Shown here: positions 12,313 to 24,580 of the stretch, one piece after another | Position numbering within the stretch: the first letter of the stretch is position 1 | How the letters are laid out: each line of letters starts with the position of its first letter | Assembly: GCA_965153285.1 (NCBI GenBank) | Contig: OZ229116.1 | Reading direction: 5' to 3' (one strand) | DNA length: 64,000 nucleotides | DNA from: Podarcis tiliguerta | Lineage: Eukaryota | Program-made: the position numbers and the translations under genes | Notes under the pieces: generated by a model | Seen by the model: only the letters and a program-made list of their open reading frames with translations | Database searches by the model: none | Told to the model about the DNA's origin: nothing

Positions 12313-15300
12313 TGAATTCAATCACAGCAGACTGCCAAGAAGCATCACACTGACCTTGCTTGCTCAGGCTGCTATTTAAAGTGAGAAAAACCCAGAACTG
12401 CTTGCATGCTGCCCCAATCCATAATCATTTTTAGAGGATGATTAAATCCCAGTTCCTTTGCCCATGAATGTGTGTGCTCTTCTAACTGTAAGCAATACAT
12501 GAATTACATACTAATTCTTGTACAAGTACTAAAAAAAAAATCACATGGCATGTGAATGCACCACTAGTGTCAAGGAGAGCATTGGCTTACAAATATATTT
12601 CCATTTCTTTATTAAGGGAGGCAATGTTTCCAATGAAACTTTCCTAAAAGCTAATTAGATAAGCATTTGTTAATACAAAAAGAAGAAAACGTAGCATACT
12701 TTGAAACCATAAACCAGTAATTGTTACTCCAATTCTTGGGGTTTTTGAAAAATCTATATGCTACACTGGATAAACAGGGATTAAGATAGGAAAAGCTGCC
12801 ATTTGTGCTGTCTGGTCCCATGATGTTATCATTTGTTTCATACTAATGCACACACTAATACGCATTACAACAAACTCTGACACCTTAGTTACTAAGAAAC
12901 GGCTTCTTTCCACACAGTTGGCACATGGAGGCTGCCAGAAACTACCTCTGTATGGTAGCCTGGACCGCAGGGTGGGCAGATATCTGTGTGAGCTGCTTCT
13001 CATGATATAGACCTATTAGGGTGGTTGCCTGAAACTGTCTCCATGTGGTGGTGATGCTTCATGTGTATATGCCAACTCATTGTGTGGTATGTACCTTGCC
13101 GTGTGGTTTCTCTGCACGCGGCCCCAAACATTCCTGCTTCAAACACACTCTGCATGGCAAGCCATTTTATAGATCATGGTGTCCTACGTGGGAACAGTTG
13201 CCAAGTAGTTTCACTGTTTCGAACAGTGTCTATGTGGTGGCTATATTGTACTCAGTGGCCCTCAGCACTCGCTAACCACATGGCTTCTGTCCACACAATT
13301 TCCAAGCTGTTTCTGACAGTGTAGAAATAAGACACATGGGTGGGAGCCAGTAAACATAAACAATTTGCTGCACGGAGCAGCCACTCAGCTGAGATAGCTT
13401 CATGTGGCCTCCACATGGTGGAGAATTGTGAGAAGGGAACGTTGCTAGGCCTCCTCTTCTTTCTGCCATCACCAGCTAGGGGCTGTTTTCCCCGCTCCTT
13501 CCCAGCAGCAGCAGCAGCAGGAGCCGGTCACTGAAGCTGTGCCACGCTTGGCTCCACACTCAGCCTCCTCCACCCCTAATCATTCTGAACATTGGAGGCC
13601 TTGCCCCCCCAAATATTGATGTGTTTTTATATTGATCTTGTATTTTGATATTCTTGCTTTATTATAATTATGGGATGAGATTCATTTCAGTGGGTCTAAT
13701 CTGAGTACAACTTCAATTCATAACTTTTTTGTAATCTGCCCTGATGAAGGGTAGAGTATAAATTCCTTAAATTGACGAATAAATGAAATGAAATGAAGCC
13801 CTGGGTCAATCCTCCCTGATAGTTATTAATGGTTATCTGCACTCTCAGAAACAAATATTTATATGCTTATCCAGCAACAGAATTTGACACTGGACTTGTG
13901 TCTGTCCAATGTACCCATACAAAATCTTATTTTCAACATGTCTACCTTTTATTTTTATCTGACCTTTAAGAACTTACCATTTAAAAACATTTTAACCCAC
14001 TATTTAGTTGCTGCCATTCTTTTAAACTCCTTTCAATGTCGATTGTTGTTTTCTGTTCATATGTTTATTGTGGACTATACTATTGTTGATGCTGTCATCC
14101 ATCTTGGTTATGTTTAATGGAAAAGGGGACAGAAGTGCTTGTAAATAATAAGAAAGCAAATGGAGTAGTAATTACAGGAGAAAATGTGATTCAAAAGAAT
14201 GTCCCTTTTAAAATATAAAAGTTAGAAGTTATTCAGACCTACCCCTACTGCAAATACGTATCTATATAAATGCCATCATTTTTATTTTCTCTGAAGTGCT
14301 TGGCACAAAATTAGATCCTTTTGCACAACGAACAACCTAACCTGCTACTTCATTTGTTATGAATATGAACTGCCTGCTTGGGGTTTCCGTCAGACACAGC
14401 AACATTTGATTGTCTCTCCATTGCTTTTTTGCTTCCAGCCTGATAAAGAATTTTGATGAACATGAAAGAAATCTTACTCACTTGTTTGCAGATTTATACA
14501 CAGAAGACTCCCAAGAAAGGATAAGGCAACATTCAATGTTATGTGAGTGGACTTTCATTCACGCAGTGGGGCTTTGTGTTCACCCCCTGTGTGTTCACCA
14601 AATCTTCTTCAGATTGGAGCTTTTGGAGCAAAATATGTTCCAAAGGGTCTCACAACCCTTTGGAACATATTTTGGGAGTGCATAAGGCACTGAAGTATGG
14701 AGGAGAGGCTGTCTGGTCACTCAAGAAGAAGTCTTCCATTGGTAGGTGACCACTATTGGAGGTCATCAAGTATCTTGAACTACAGAACTACAGAAAAGTT
14801 TCAGCTTCATTCTTCTTTCAAAATTAAGATTTTTTTTTCTACACTAGCAAATGTGCCTGATTCCTTCAACAGTGCATTGTCCACAAATATTTCTTCTGTG
14901 AAGTAACATGCCAGATGATTTAGGTTGCTTCTCCATTACCTTAAGTAATGTAAGGTTAACTTTTGCAAAACAAGTTTTAACAAAAAAGAGCTGCGAGATC
15001 TTTGTTATGTTAACCGAAACTAAAGAATCCCACAGAAGCTTCTATATTTGTCTTAAATGCTTTAATCTCAACGACAGATAAACAAGTAAAATGAAAACTC
15101 TAAAAAGAATGGCAATGTTAAGGAAGCAAGTTCTACCAGAATAAGGCAACTGTGTATGAATTAGGATCTGAGAACTGTAGTATGAGGTATCAACAAATTC
15201 AGAATGTGACATTAGCATAAAATAATGCCTTGTCCTTTAGCACCTACCTAGATCAAAGAGCAACCATTTTTGGCCTTAATTATGTGGTTCCTCTTTAGCC

Positions 15301-16212
15301 TCTACACAATATGTTTTTTGTTTTGTTAAAATATAAACATTTAATTTACTCTATAACACTGGTTTCAGAAGTATACATATGTTATTCCTTACATATGGTT
15401 CTTTTGGAAGTGGGTTTAATTTGATGATTACTTGATATTTGTGAACGAAGTAATTACTGCTTCCAAATCCATCTAGTCCACGCAGTCTTGATACACTCAG
15501 CTTTTGCTGCCCACATTCTAAAACCACCTTGTTATTCAATTATTGTAATGTAGCAGTAGCATTTTGCTTTTGTACTTTTGGAGGGTTCCTTTTATATCAT
15601 ATAGCCTCCAAGTCAATATTTAAAATTCAGACAAAAACACAATTACATAGAAGAAGCATGGCTGCTGAAGGGGTGGGGGTAGGGTGGTAAGAATGGTATG
15701 GCTGCTCTGGGCCTGAACTGCATAAAGTCCTGCCACCTCCTGCGAATCCACCCATCTCCCGTGGAGCATGCTGGACTTACAGTGCCCTGTTTCCAGCTAC
15801 AATGCACCATGCTAGCTTCTGCCGATCCTCAAAGGGCTATACATGTACAGCTGCATCAGAGGAGTAGAGGAAGCCAACAAAGCATGTCAGTCCCTGACGC
15901 TTCCCTCAGAGCAAAAGAACCCTCTTGATGCCTCCTTTGTCCCCTTCAGTGTGTGTAGGTGATAGGAGACAGAAGATGTTGAGGCTTTAGTTTAGAATTA
16001 ACCTCCACAAACATCTGTCTCCTCTCCTCTCCATCCCAACCCTACCTGTGTTTAACTTCAACCAAATGGTGAATTTAACTTGTGTTAAATCATCCCAGGA
16101 ATCATGGCCAGCACGGGCTGGGAGGCTACCCCTAGAGAACTTTGCATCACTGCAAGTGAGTTTGGGCCTTAAGCAAAGTTTAAAAACAGGGAAAATTCTC
16201 AAGATAGAGACT

Positions 16213-16342
16213 TTGTTGTTTAGTCGTTTGTTGTGTCCGACTCTTTATGACCCCATGGACCAGAGTACACCAGGCACTCCTGTCTTCCACTGCCTCCCAC
16301 AGTTTGGTCAAACTCATGTTGGTAGCTTTGAGAACACTGTCC
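16213..16342 (-). mobile_element. BovB LINE extreme 3' fragment
   Basis: Near-identical to the 3' ends at about 3275-3399 and 38090-38223. Confidence 0.88.
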
Positions 16343-16343
16343 C

Positions 16344-16463
16344 TGCATGCACATGAAAGCTCATACCAATAACAAACTTAGTTAGTCTCTAAGGTGCTAC
16401 TAGAAAGAATTTTTTTATTTTCTTTCGACTATGGCAGACCAACATGGCTACCTACCTGTAACT
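16344..16463 (+). mobile_element. Penelope-like (Neptune-type) element 3' fragment
   Basis: TGCATGCACATGAAAGCTCATACC...TCTCTAAGGTGCTAC...GCAGACCAACATGGCTACC resembles remembered reptile PLE 3' ends; retains the 3' half of a hammerhead (GAAAGCTC). Confidence 0.65.
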
Positions 16464-19400
16464 ACAGCTAGGCATTCAGTGATAACCTGAACCTATAAGC
16501 CAACCCTTCACCAAATGGTCTCAAGATGGATAATAAACATATAATTTAAAAACAAATAAGGATTACCTTAAAATCATACCCACAAAATAACAGAATAGCA
16601 GTGGATATTAATACAGAGGAAGGGAAGACATTGCTTCAAAAAAAGTTCTGGGTTAAGAGGTACAGTTGCGACAATCACAGAAAAACATACTGTGATGCAG
16701 CAAGATGCATTTCAGAGGTGTGGTCATTCCACAACCTGGGGGTGACCACAGAGAAGTGTTAGGGACTGGCTGGACACTGAGGAGTGGTGGCTGGATTCTG
16801 GGCAGCAAAGGATAGAGGGGTTGGAGACTGACTTGGAAGAAGTGATCAGTGAACGGGGAGAACCTGTAACAGCCAGGAAACGAGAGGCAGAGGCAAGAGA
16901 AGTTGCAGGATTGGAGAGTGAAGAACAGTTGCTGGAGGAGGGAAAGATAGGTTGGCCTGGTGTTTCTAGTGTTTAATTCAGTTTAATTTAAACAATTCAA
17001 CATGATTCCTTGCAAAATAATTTTATGGCATTATGCATTAACACAGGCAATAGGCTTCCTGGTCTCCCTCTAAAACAATTCCATTCTGAATGTCAACATC
17101 TGATTTCTAGTAGTGATCTCTTGCGAAACACTAACATTTCCCCCTTTCCCTTGTGTTTACATCCTGCAAATATTTGCAGATTTATGGCTTTTCTTTTCCA
17201 TTTGTCATTTCTTAGTCAAACTATATATATTTAGCTTCAGAAACCTTGATAATAAATCAGCCTAAAGTTGGATATTTTTTGTTGGTTTTCTTTGAACTTT
17301 TAGTTTGTAGATGCTTCAAAGGGCTGCCTGCTGGAGGAGGTGTTTGCAGCTTAGATAACAGAAGATGGCCTTCCTTTACTGGTGAAGGAAATGTGAGAGA
17401 GCTTCTAGCGGGAGCTGGAAAGCATATAGCAAGGGGAACAAATGTTTGGCTCTTTATTTCTTCTTCTGGCTGTTCATTCCTCAGAGAAGAAAAACATGGT
17501 TGTGAGAGGGAGGCAAGGGAAAACAAAAGCCCTCTGCCATAAAATAATTTATAACAACTCCCAGAGAAAGATAAAAGAAACGATCAAAATTCCTAAAGGC
17601 TGGAGCTATTACACAGTCTGTATGCTGATATGAAAGTTTAAAATGCAGTCTGAGGGTTAGTTAGGCATGGAGGGTTTTTAAATGGGCACTGCCAGGAAGC
17701 TTCCAATAAACACACATCATTGTGTTTGCTCCTGGATCTCTTGTAAAAGAATAGCTGTGTCAGGACATTTGCAGGAATACAGTGGTAAATTGTGAAGTTC
17801 AGGACCTTTCCCACTGCCACTCCCCAGGCACACAAAGAGTCAAAAGGGTGCTGTGGTGTATAGCATGTGAAACTTTGGCTGCAGAGACCTGGGCTCACAT
17901 CCTTGATAAGCCATGAAGCTTTACTGAGTGACTTTCTGAGCGAAGCCTTCCAGATAAAGAGATCATGTGCCAAGCTAGACCTTTCCTTCAATAACACATA
18001 TTAAGAATGCTGGCAAACACCACTTTGGCAGATGACACCACCAAAAAATACAGTACCCACATCTCTCCACCCCTACACTGTTCGGCATGCCATGTGGTCA
18101 GAAGTCAGCCCCATTAGAAGTGCTGGACAAGTGTAATTCTGCCTCATATGTGACAGAGAAGTTTGAGACTTCAAGTCTGACACTTGAGGATTAGAGAGGA
18201 AACAAAGCAAAGTTCCAGTTATAGATCCATCAACAGCAGGGTCAGCAGCAGCCCACTGCAGCTGAAGGAGCAAAGGTCAGGATAGCTAGGAACAGCTGAA
18301 GCTAGGGGTAGCACCATTCTATTATCATTTACTCATTATTTTCACGAAAAGTCAAAATTAAATTTTATTGTGATTCACAATGACATAAAAGAATCCTCAC
18401 TTGTTCTCAAAATGCACCTTATAATTATATACCATGATCTGAACACTTGTATCGCTTCATAGCTGACATTATCAGTTGGTTCTGAGTAGCTTTAAAGCCC
18501 CCATGGACTTTACTAAACCGTAAGTACGCACTTGTGTAACTGTTATACAGTCACAGACTCATACATCACATGTTTAATGTTACTCAGCAACGGGCCCTAG
18601 ATAGTAAAATCTGCCTTCTTTGTTTTTTGGCAAGAGACTGAGCCCCGCCCCCCCAAGATCACAAGGCCCTGGGCTGTAGCCTACTCAGCCTTTATGTAAA
18701 TCTGGAACTGATGGGAAGAAACAGCAAGGGCAAGGGTCTGGGCGGGGGAATAAACAGAAAGGTTAAATGGTGAGAAAGGGAAGAAATAGCAAGGCTAGGA
18801 AGAGTAGATATAGAATCTAAGGGGCGTGGGATTACTTTTTCTGTGACAAGTTACAAGAAAATAAGTCCTCTCCTTTCTTGACAGCAGAGAAATCAAACAA
18901 CCTTGACATGGTTCCCTAATTTAAAGCAACACAACTTTCTGCTCTTTCTGCTGCTTCCCATCCAGTCTCTGAAGTGCTGTGTTGGCTAAGCTCCTCCCTC
19001 TCAGAACAGAATCTCAGCAGACACCAACCACAGTAAAACTGGGGTGAATATTTTGAAATCCTTATAGTGGGTGGGTTGTGGAAGCGGGTATGGAATGAAT
19101 CACTTCATGCAAAGGCATTATATAGCTATGTCCTGACTGACCAGTTGTTTCTATAGCAGAATTCAAAATTATAAGTGTTTTACCTGAAAAGGCCTACGTT
19201 AATTAAGAAGTGCATGAACTAGAGAGGGTGTGTCATTCTCTGGACATGATAAAAGTGCTATATATTTTTTAAGTGGTTTTCATTGTCAAAGTTTGTACGG
19301 TCTATGGACAAAGTGCCGGATTTCTGAGCAGCACCGTCCCTAAATTAAAATTCTGGGCACACACTCAACTTTATGATTCTATCCATTCCACCAAGATGGG

Positions 19401-21071
19401 AAACATTGCCTTGTAAGTTATTTATTGCAAATATTCCCATAGTATGCTTCCTCTGAAAGCTAACTTCCAAAAGAGGCCCCATGATTGCAAAGTATCCAAG
19501 AAAAGGCAAAACGGTATGTCTTGTATTCAGCATTTCAACAAAAATAGAAACATTGCTGTGACACAGACCTGCCATGCCAGGGTATGTCTCTTTCTCACAT
19601 ACAGCCTCTCCGGTCCTCATCCCTTCCAAGCAACCAAGTCATGCAACTCTAGTAAATGTTACATCATTTGATATATCCTGTATATAGGAAGCAGACAGGG
19701 CAGTCCACTTTTCAATTAACACTTCTCCAGCTAATTCTCCTGGCCCCCAAGAAAGGTGTTGCTTATGAACAACTCAGTCCATTGACTGTGTCAAACAGCC
19801 AGTCAATCAAGGCCACCTGGATGCAAACATGAATATGGTAAAATGATGCACATATCCCTTTGTCACCACATTCGACCATCCACTGAATGATCTGCCTTTC
19901 CAAAAAGAAAATGCATGGAGATGGGAAGGTGCTACCTTACCAAGGCAGATAACTGATTCATAGTTCTGGAATCCATTACTGGCCAGAGGTAGAAGGTAAT
20001 AGTAGAAAGGATAAGAATGATACTGCGCAACTGGCCTCCTCTGCTGGACAATTGTGGCAAGTCAAGTGTCACAATTGCCCTTTTCTCTTGACACTTACCA
20101 TGCTTCTAATAGACACCGCTAAAAACTTGCCTGTTTAGGGAAGCCTACCCTGATGGTTAGAAAGTTGAGGTAATTTTTTTATTTGGTATTTTGTATTCTA
20201 ACTTTCGTATGTTTTAAAGTAAGCTTGTTATTTTTTCTTGATTTTACTGTTTTATGCTTTCTAAACTGCTTTGAGGGTTTTTTTTTTTTACAATCAAGCG
20301 GTGTATACACTTTATGAAATAAATAAATACATGTCAAATTTATATTCAGCAAAGTGAACCAACGTCACTGTGTGATTAAGATTAAGCCCACAACCCCCAA
20401 TCAATCCCATGGCATAGGGCAGGGACTAATTTCTCTTGAAATTCCGGTGAATACTGTAGCTTTTTAGTATTTATTTTGTTATTACTGTAGCTAAAGCCAG
20501 CGTAGACCAGACCTAGATGGGAAACCACTTGGAACACCAGGTAAACTACTCTTAAGTATCTTAAAAGGAAGATAAATAATACAATAAATGAAATACCTAA
20601 GAGATGTGTTTAGAGACTTATGCTGGCTGTTTGGCCGCAATAATAAACATTAATTCGTTCATGTGTTTAGGGACTGGGGTTAAAACTAAAGACTTCAAGG
20701 ACTAGACATGCAAGCCTGTCTATCTGAACACCAGAGGTACGGATCACCCAGCAGGCCCATCAGAAGGATTGTGTCAATGTGATTTTGGCAGTTTTACTGT
20801 TGCCAATAATTGGAAGAAGAGAAAAGGTATACCCTCCCCCCTCAAATGATCTGGACACCATAAGGAGACCAAGGAAATATGTACCACGAAGATGTCACAG
20901 GGTTTTGTCCCTGCATAGATAGCATGAAGGAGAGACCCCAACACTGAGGCGATGTTTTCAGTAGCAGTGAAATGGTAACACACATTCCCAGCCAAAACAT
21001 GCTTAAGAGTACATGGGGGTGGGGGGGATAGCAGTATATGAACCATAGTAACTCTGAAAGAATGAAGTTAC

Positions 21072-21215
21072 CTCTGCAGCTTTATTGGATGGTTCCAGTC
21101 CAACCATATTAGTCTGTATTAACTGCTGTAGGAGTTGTACTTGAGCCACACTGAGGAAGAAGTCCAGGCTTGTTGTCATATTCACTTCCAAAGAATGGCC
21201 ACATACTAAAATTTC
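21072..21215 (-). CDS. VPS13B: VPS13B coding exon (exon 33 equivalent), 144 nt, phase 0/0
   Basis: EILVCGHSLEVNMTTSLDFFLSVAQVQLLQQLIQTNMVGLEPSNKAAE; acceptor ttcacag|GAA, donor GAG|gtaact. Confidence 0.96.
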
Positions 21216-22429
21216 CTGTGAAAAACAAGTTTGTAAAACAAAGTCAATGGATACCAGCTGTTTCAAGGCAATTATGTAATTTTCTTTTCTAACCAAACAC
21301 AATGTAGACTATTTATACTCTCCAAATTGGGACTATTAACATTTTCTTATCTCTTCAGGCAGAAAAGCACTGTGCACCATCTGTAAAAGGAAATCAGGTG
21401 GAGGAGTGGTGGAATAGCATACCACTAGGCTTCCAACAGGATATTTGATGATTAAGATACATTTTGTTTGTTTCATGTGTGAGGTCCTGTTTCTTTGTTG
21501 CATCAAATTCTGGGCTGTCAGAGACTCTATTCATGTTCTTGGCAGAGGACTACACTTCCCCTTTCCTTGCTCTCAATGACAGATATACATTGTGGAATAC
21601 AAACACATCTTGGTTTATAATGAAATTGTACATTGCAACCCACAAATAACCGACTTAATTGATTTGTAGCTGCCTGGAAACTACTGTTGACATCTTGGCA
21701 GAATTATAGTTAGATGACCATTATTTTATGGCTGTTGTTAAACACATAGGAAAAGCTTTTGACCATTTCTGGCAAATTACTTCCGAGACGGAAAGAAGAA
21801 AATGAGCAGGTTTGCTTACTAAGCAGATGCTCATAACCCTTATCATGACATGTGCATAAGTATTTATTAGTAATCTGTAGTAGGCCTCTCCCTTCCTCAC
21901 TGAATTTCATCAAGGGAATTGATTCAAAAATAAATAAATAACCGAAACATTTACATTCTTTAACAAGAGCTACAGTAAAATTCATCTGTTACTTTTCATG
22001 GAATGCCTTCTCTACAGCACAGCAATTCCCTAGGTCATTTAACATTTTCCTTTAGATTTCATTTCCAGCACATTTGCAGTAGCAAGTCAGCATTGTGAGG
22101 ATGGGCCACAGCTCATCAATACACAATGTCCCTTGAACATAGAATGCCCCACAACCCCCATATTTAATCCCTGGCATTTACAGTGAAAGAATAGCAAGGA
22201 TAGCAAGGATATCAAGGACAGGTTCCTCTTCCAACTGGGCTGAGAGCAAAGAGGTGTTGTGTGATGTCTGTAAGGAACTGATGTGAATGGAAAGGAAGTA
22301 AGCAACTGGATGAAGCAAAAATCAAGAAAGCTGCAAGGAAATGTAGAGGTGGCATTCTGGTCTGGAGCTGTGTCTTAAATCAAAGACATGTATTTTAGGG
22401 AGAAATGTATAGAATTCAAATGCAAGTGT

Positions 22430-22432
<3 letters not shown>

Positions 22433-22467
<35 letters not shown>
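22433..22467. repeat. (GT)n microsatellite
   Basis: Direct reading. Confidence 0.95.
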
Positions 22468-22468
<1 letters not shown>

Positions 22469-22877
22469 GGAAAGGATGAAGCAGGCATATGACTAGACAC
22501 ATGTGAAACTGACATGGAGCAGAAATAAACTAATTTGTCCATCCCTGCTGCCAGCCTAATCCACCTCACAGGGTTTCTCTGTTGCTTAAACAGTGTTCAT
22601 GTGTGTTATAAATGTAATTAAGAAACACAGAAACACAGGCTAACATGCATACAATTGCCATCTATTGCTCTTCTTAGCATACATGCAATAATCACTATTT
22701 CTGACCTACACACAAGGATTTACAGAAGACAGCCTTTCGAAAAACATTTTAATGCTGGGTTTTCGTTTTATAATTAAACTCAATTTAATGTAGCATTTTA
22801 ACTATTGCAAATATCTGCATTCAGAAAGATACATGAATCTGAAAGCCATGTGAGTGCATCTCAAGTCAAATACCAAC

Positions 22878-23004
22878 CTCTGTATGCAAATTCTCTGGTG
22901 AGATTACTTTTGTGAAAATGATGGCAGGAGCTGCAGTTATTCGCACTGTAAAGTCTGTTAAAATTGGAGTTAAAATAGCTCTTCGTTCTTGATGCCGCTT
23001 GATG
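22878..23004 (-). CDS. VPS13B: VPS13B coding exon (exon 32 equivalent), 127 nt, phase 2/0
   Basis: Read manually: (S)IKRHQERRAILTPILTDFTVRITAAPAIIFTKVISPENLHTE; poly-T acceptor tttttag|C, donor GAG|gttggt. Confidence 0.95.
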
Positions 23005-23269
23005 CTAAAAAAAAAAAAGAAAATTTATAGTAATTCCCAAACCTTAAAAAAGAACTTTCATTAGTGGAATCCTATCACCCAATTTCTCTACTCAACTTAG
23101 ATTACACGATTTTCACAACAGTGAGGGTTACAGAATAAAAACTTTTATTGGGAAATATATTCATCTGAATGAAGCTCAGTTTGTCCTGGGGCATAAAATT
23201 GCAGACCCAAGTAGGAAATTATTAAACATAACATACCATACTAAACAGACTGCCTCACCAGTAGTGTGT

Positions 23270-24580
23270 TTATCATTAGATATATTTAAAGCATTTGACT
23301 GTGTAGAACTAAAGCACTTAATCGGAGTGATAACATTTTTTGGATTTGGCCCTAATCTGGTAAGAATATTGGAAAATATTTATGATATTACATCTGCTAC
23401 AATTAGGATAAGTAATCCAAATTCACAAAAATGTTAACTTAGCCTCAGGACAAAACCAAGTTGCCCATTATCACTTGTATTATTTCCTCTAATTATAGAA
23501 CCCCTGGCAATGAGATTACACCAAATTCTAGCAGGAAAGGTTGTAACTATCAATGGAATGGAATACATTCTGGGACTCCATGCTGATGATACTGTTTTAT
23601 GTATTGCTTATAGGACTCAATTAATGCTGGAAGGTTATTGAGTATACAGTTGGATACCTTTTTAAATGTCTCTGGACTTAAGGTAAAATTTCAAAAATTG
23701 GAAGTAATGTTCTTTCATATTCCCCTGCAACCTTCTCCAAAATATTACAAAGCCCAATAGCTACGAAAAAAGCTTCAGATACTTCGGCATTCAGGTTGCC
23801 CATAACTGATTAAACAAATTTTATCGGACAAATTATAGCAAAGTCTGGAATATAATAAATATGGACATGCAACGCTTGAACAAAATGAAACGTTCTATTA
23901 TGGACCAAGCGCCTGCAATTAAAACAAATTCATATTTCAATCTGACAGACCACACAATTAAAAATCTTTGCTTGTACCATCACCCAACTGTTGGGCGATC
24001 GGGGCCCCCAAATCTAAACAGCTATTACAATGCATACCAACTCAGCAACATGACCGACCTAATGTCTGGCAATAAGAGAAATATATGGAGCACATTAGAG
24101 AACTTGGTAATAGATGGTGTCCCTATAAAAGTAATAACTTTCAAAAAGCAAATTATGCTCTTTACGGTGGCTTACAAATCCATTCACATTTACAAACTTT
24201 CAAAATTTGGACAAAATGGTCCAACGGCCTCTCACCCATTATTCCATTACAGTTCCACTGGGTTTTCAAAAATAAATATAGAGCCTTAAATATAGATGTT
24301 TGGAAAGAAAAACAACTGTATTATTTGAAAGAGGTTTACAAAAATGGACTACCGCTTACCGTTAATGAGATGCAAAATCAATTGGAATATAATAGCTATT
24401 AGGCTATCATTTAAGGACTTTTTAAACAAATTCCCAGGTTAAAAATGAAGTCATGAGGCAATTAATGGTTTATGAAAAAAATAATAGTGGAAGAAAATAT
24501 AATAACATAAGGATTAATATCATCTTTGCATAAATCTATTATAAAGTTGACATTTTCAGCCCTCTAGTATCGTCACATTG
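23270..24580 (+). mobile_element. Degenerate L1/Tx1-clade LINE ORF2 fragment
   Basis: RTKPSCPLSLVLFPLIIEPLAMRL (decayed RQGCPLSP motif) and LHADD (decayed YADD), followed by FRYFGI and PNLNSYYNAYQL; many stops and frameshifts; boundaries approximate. Confidence 0.75.

Noticed and set aside
23861-24402. 142-aa and 105-aa plus-strand ORFs
   Set aside because: Frameshifted pieces of a decayed L1/Tx1-like ORF2
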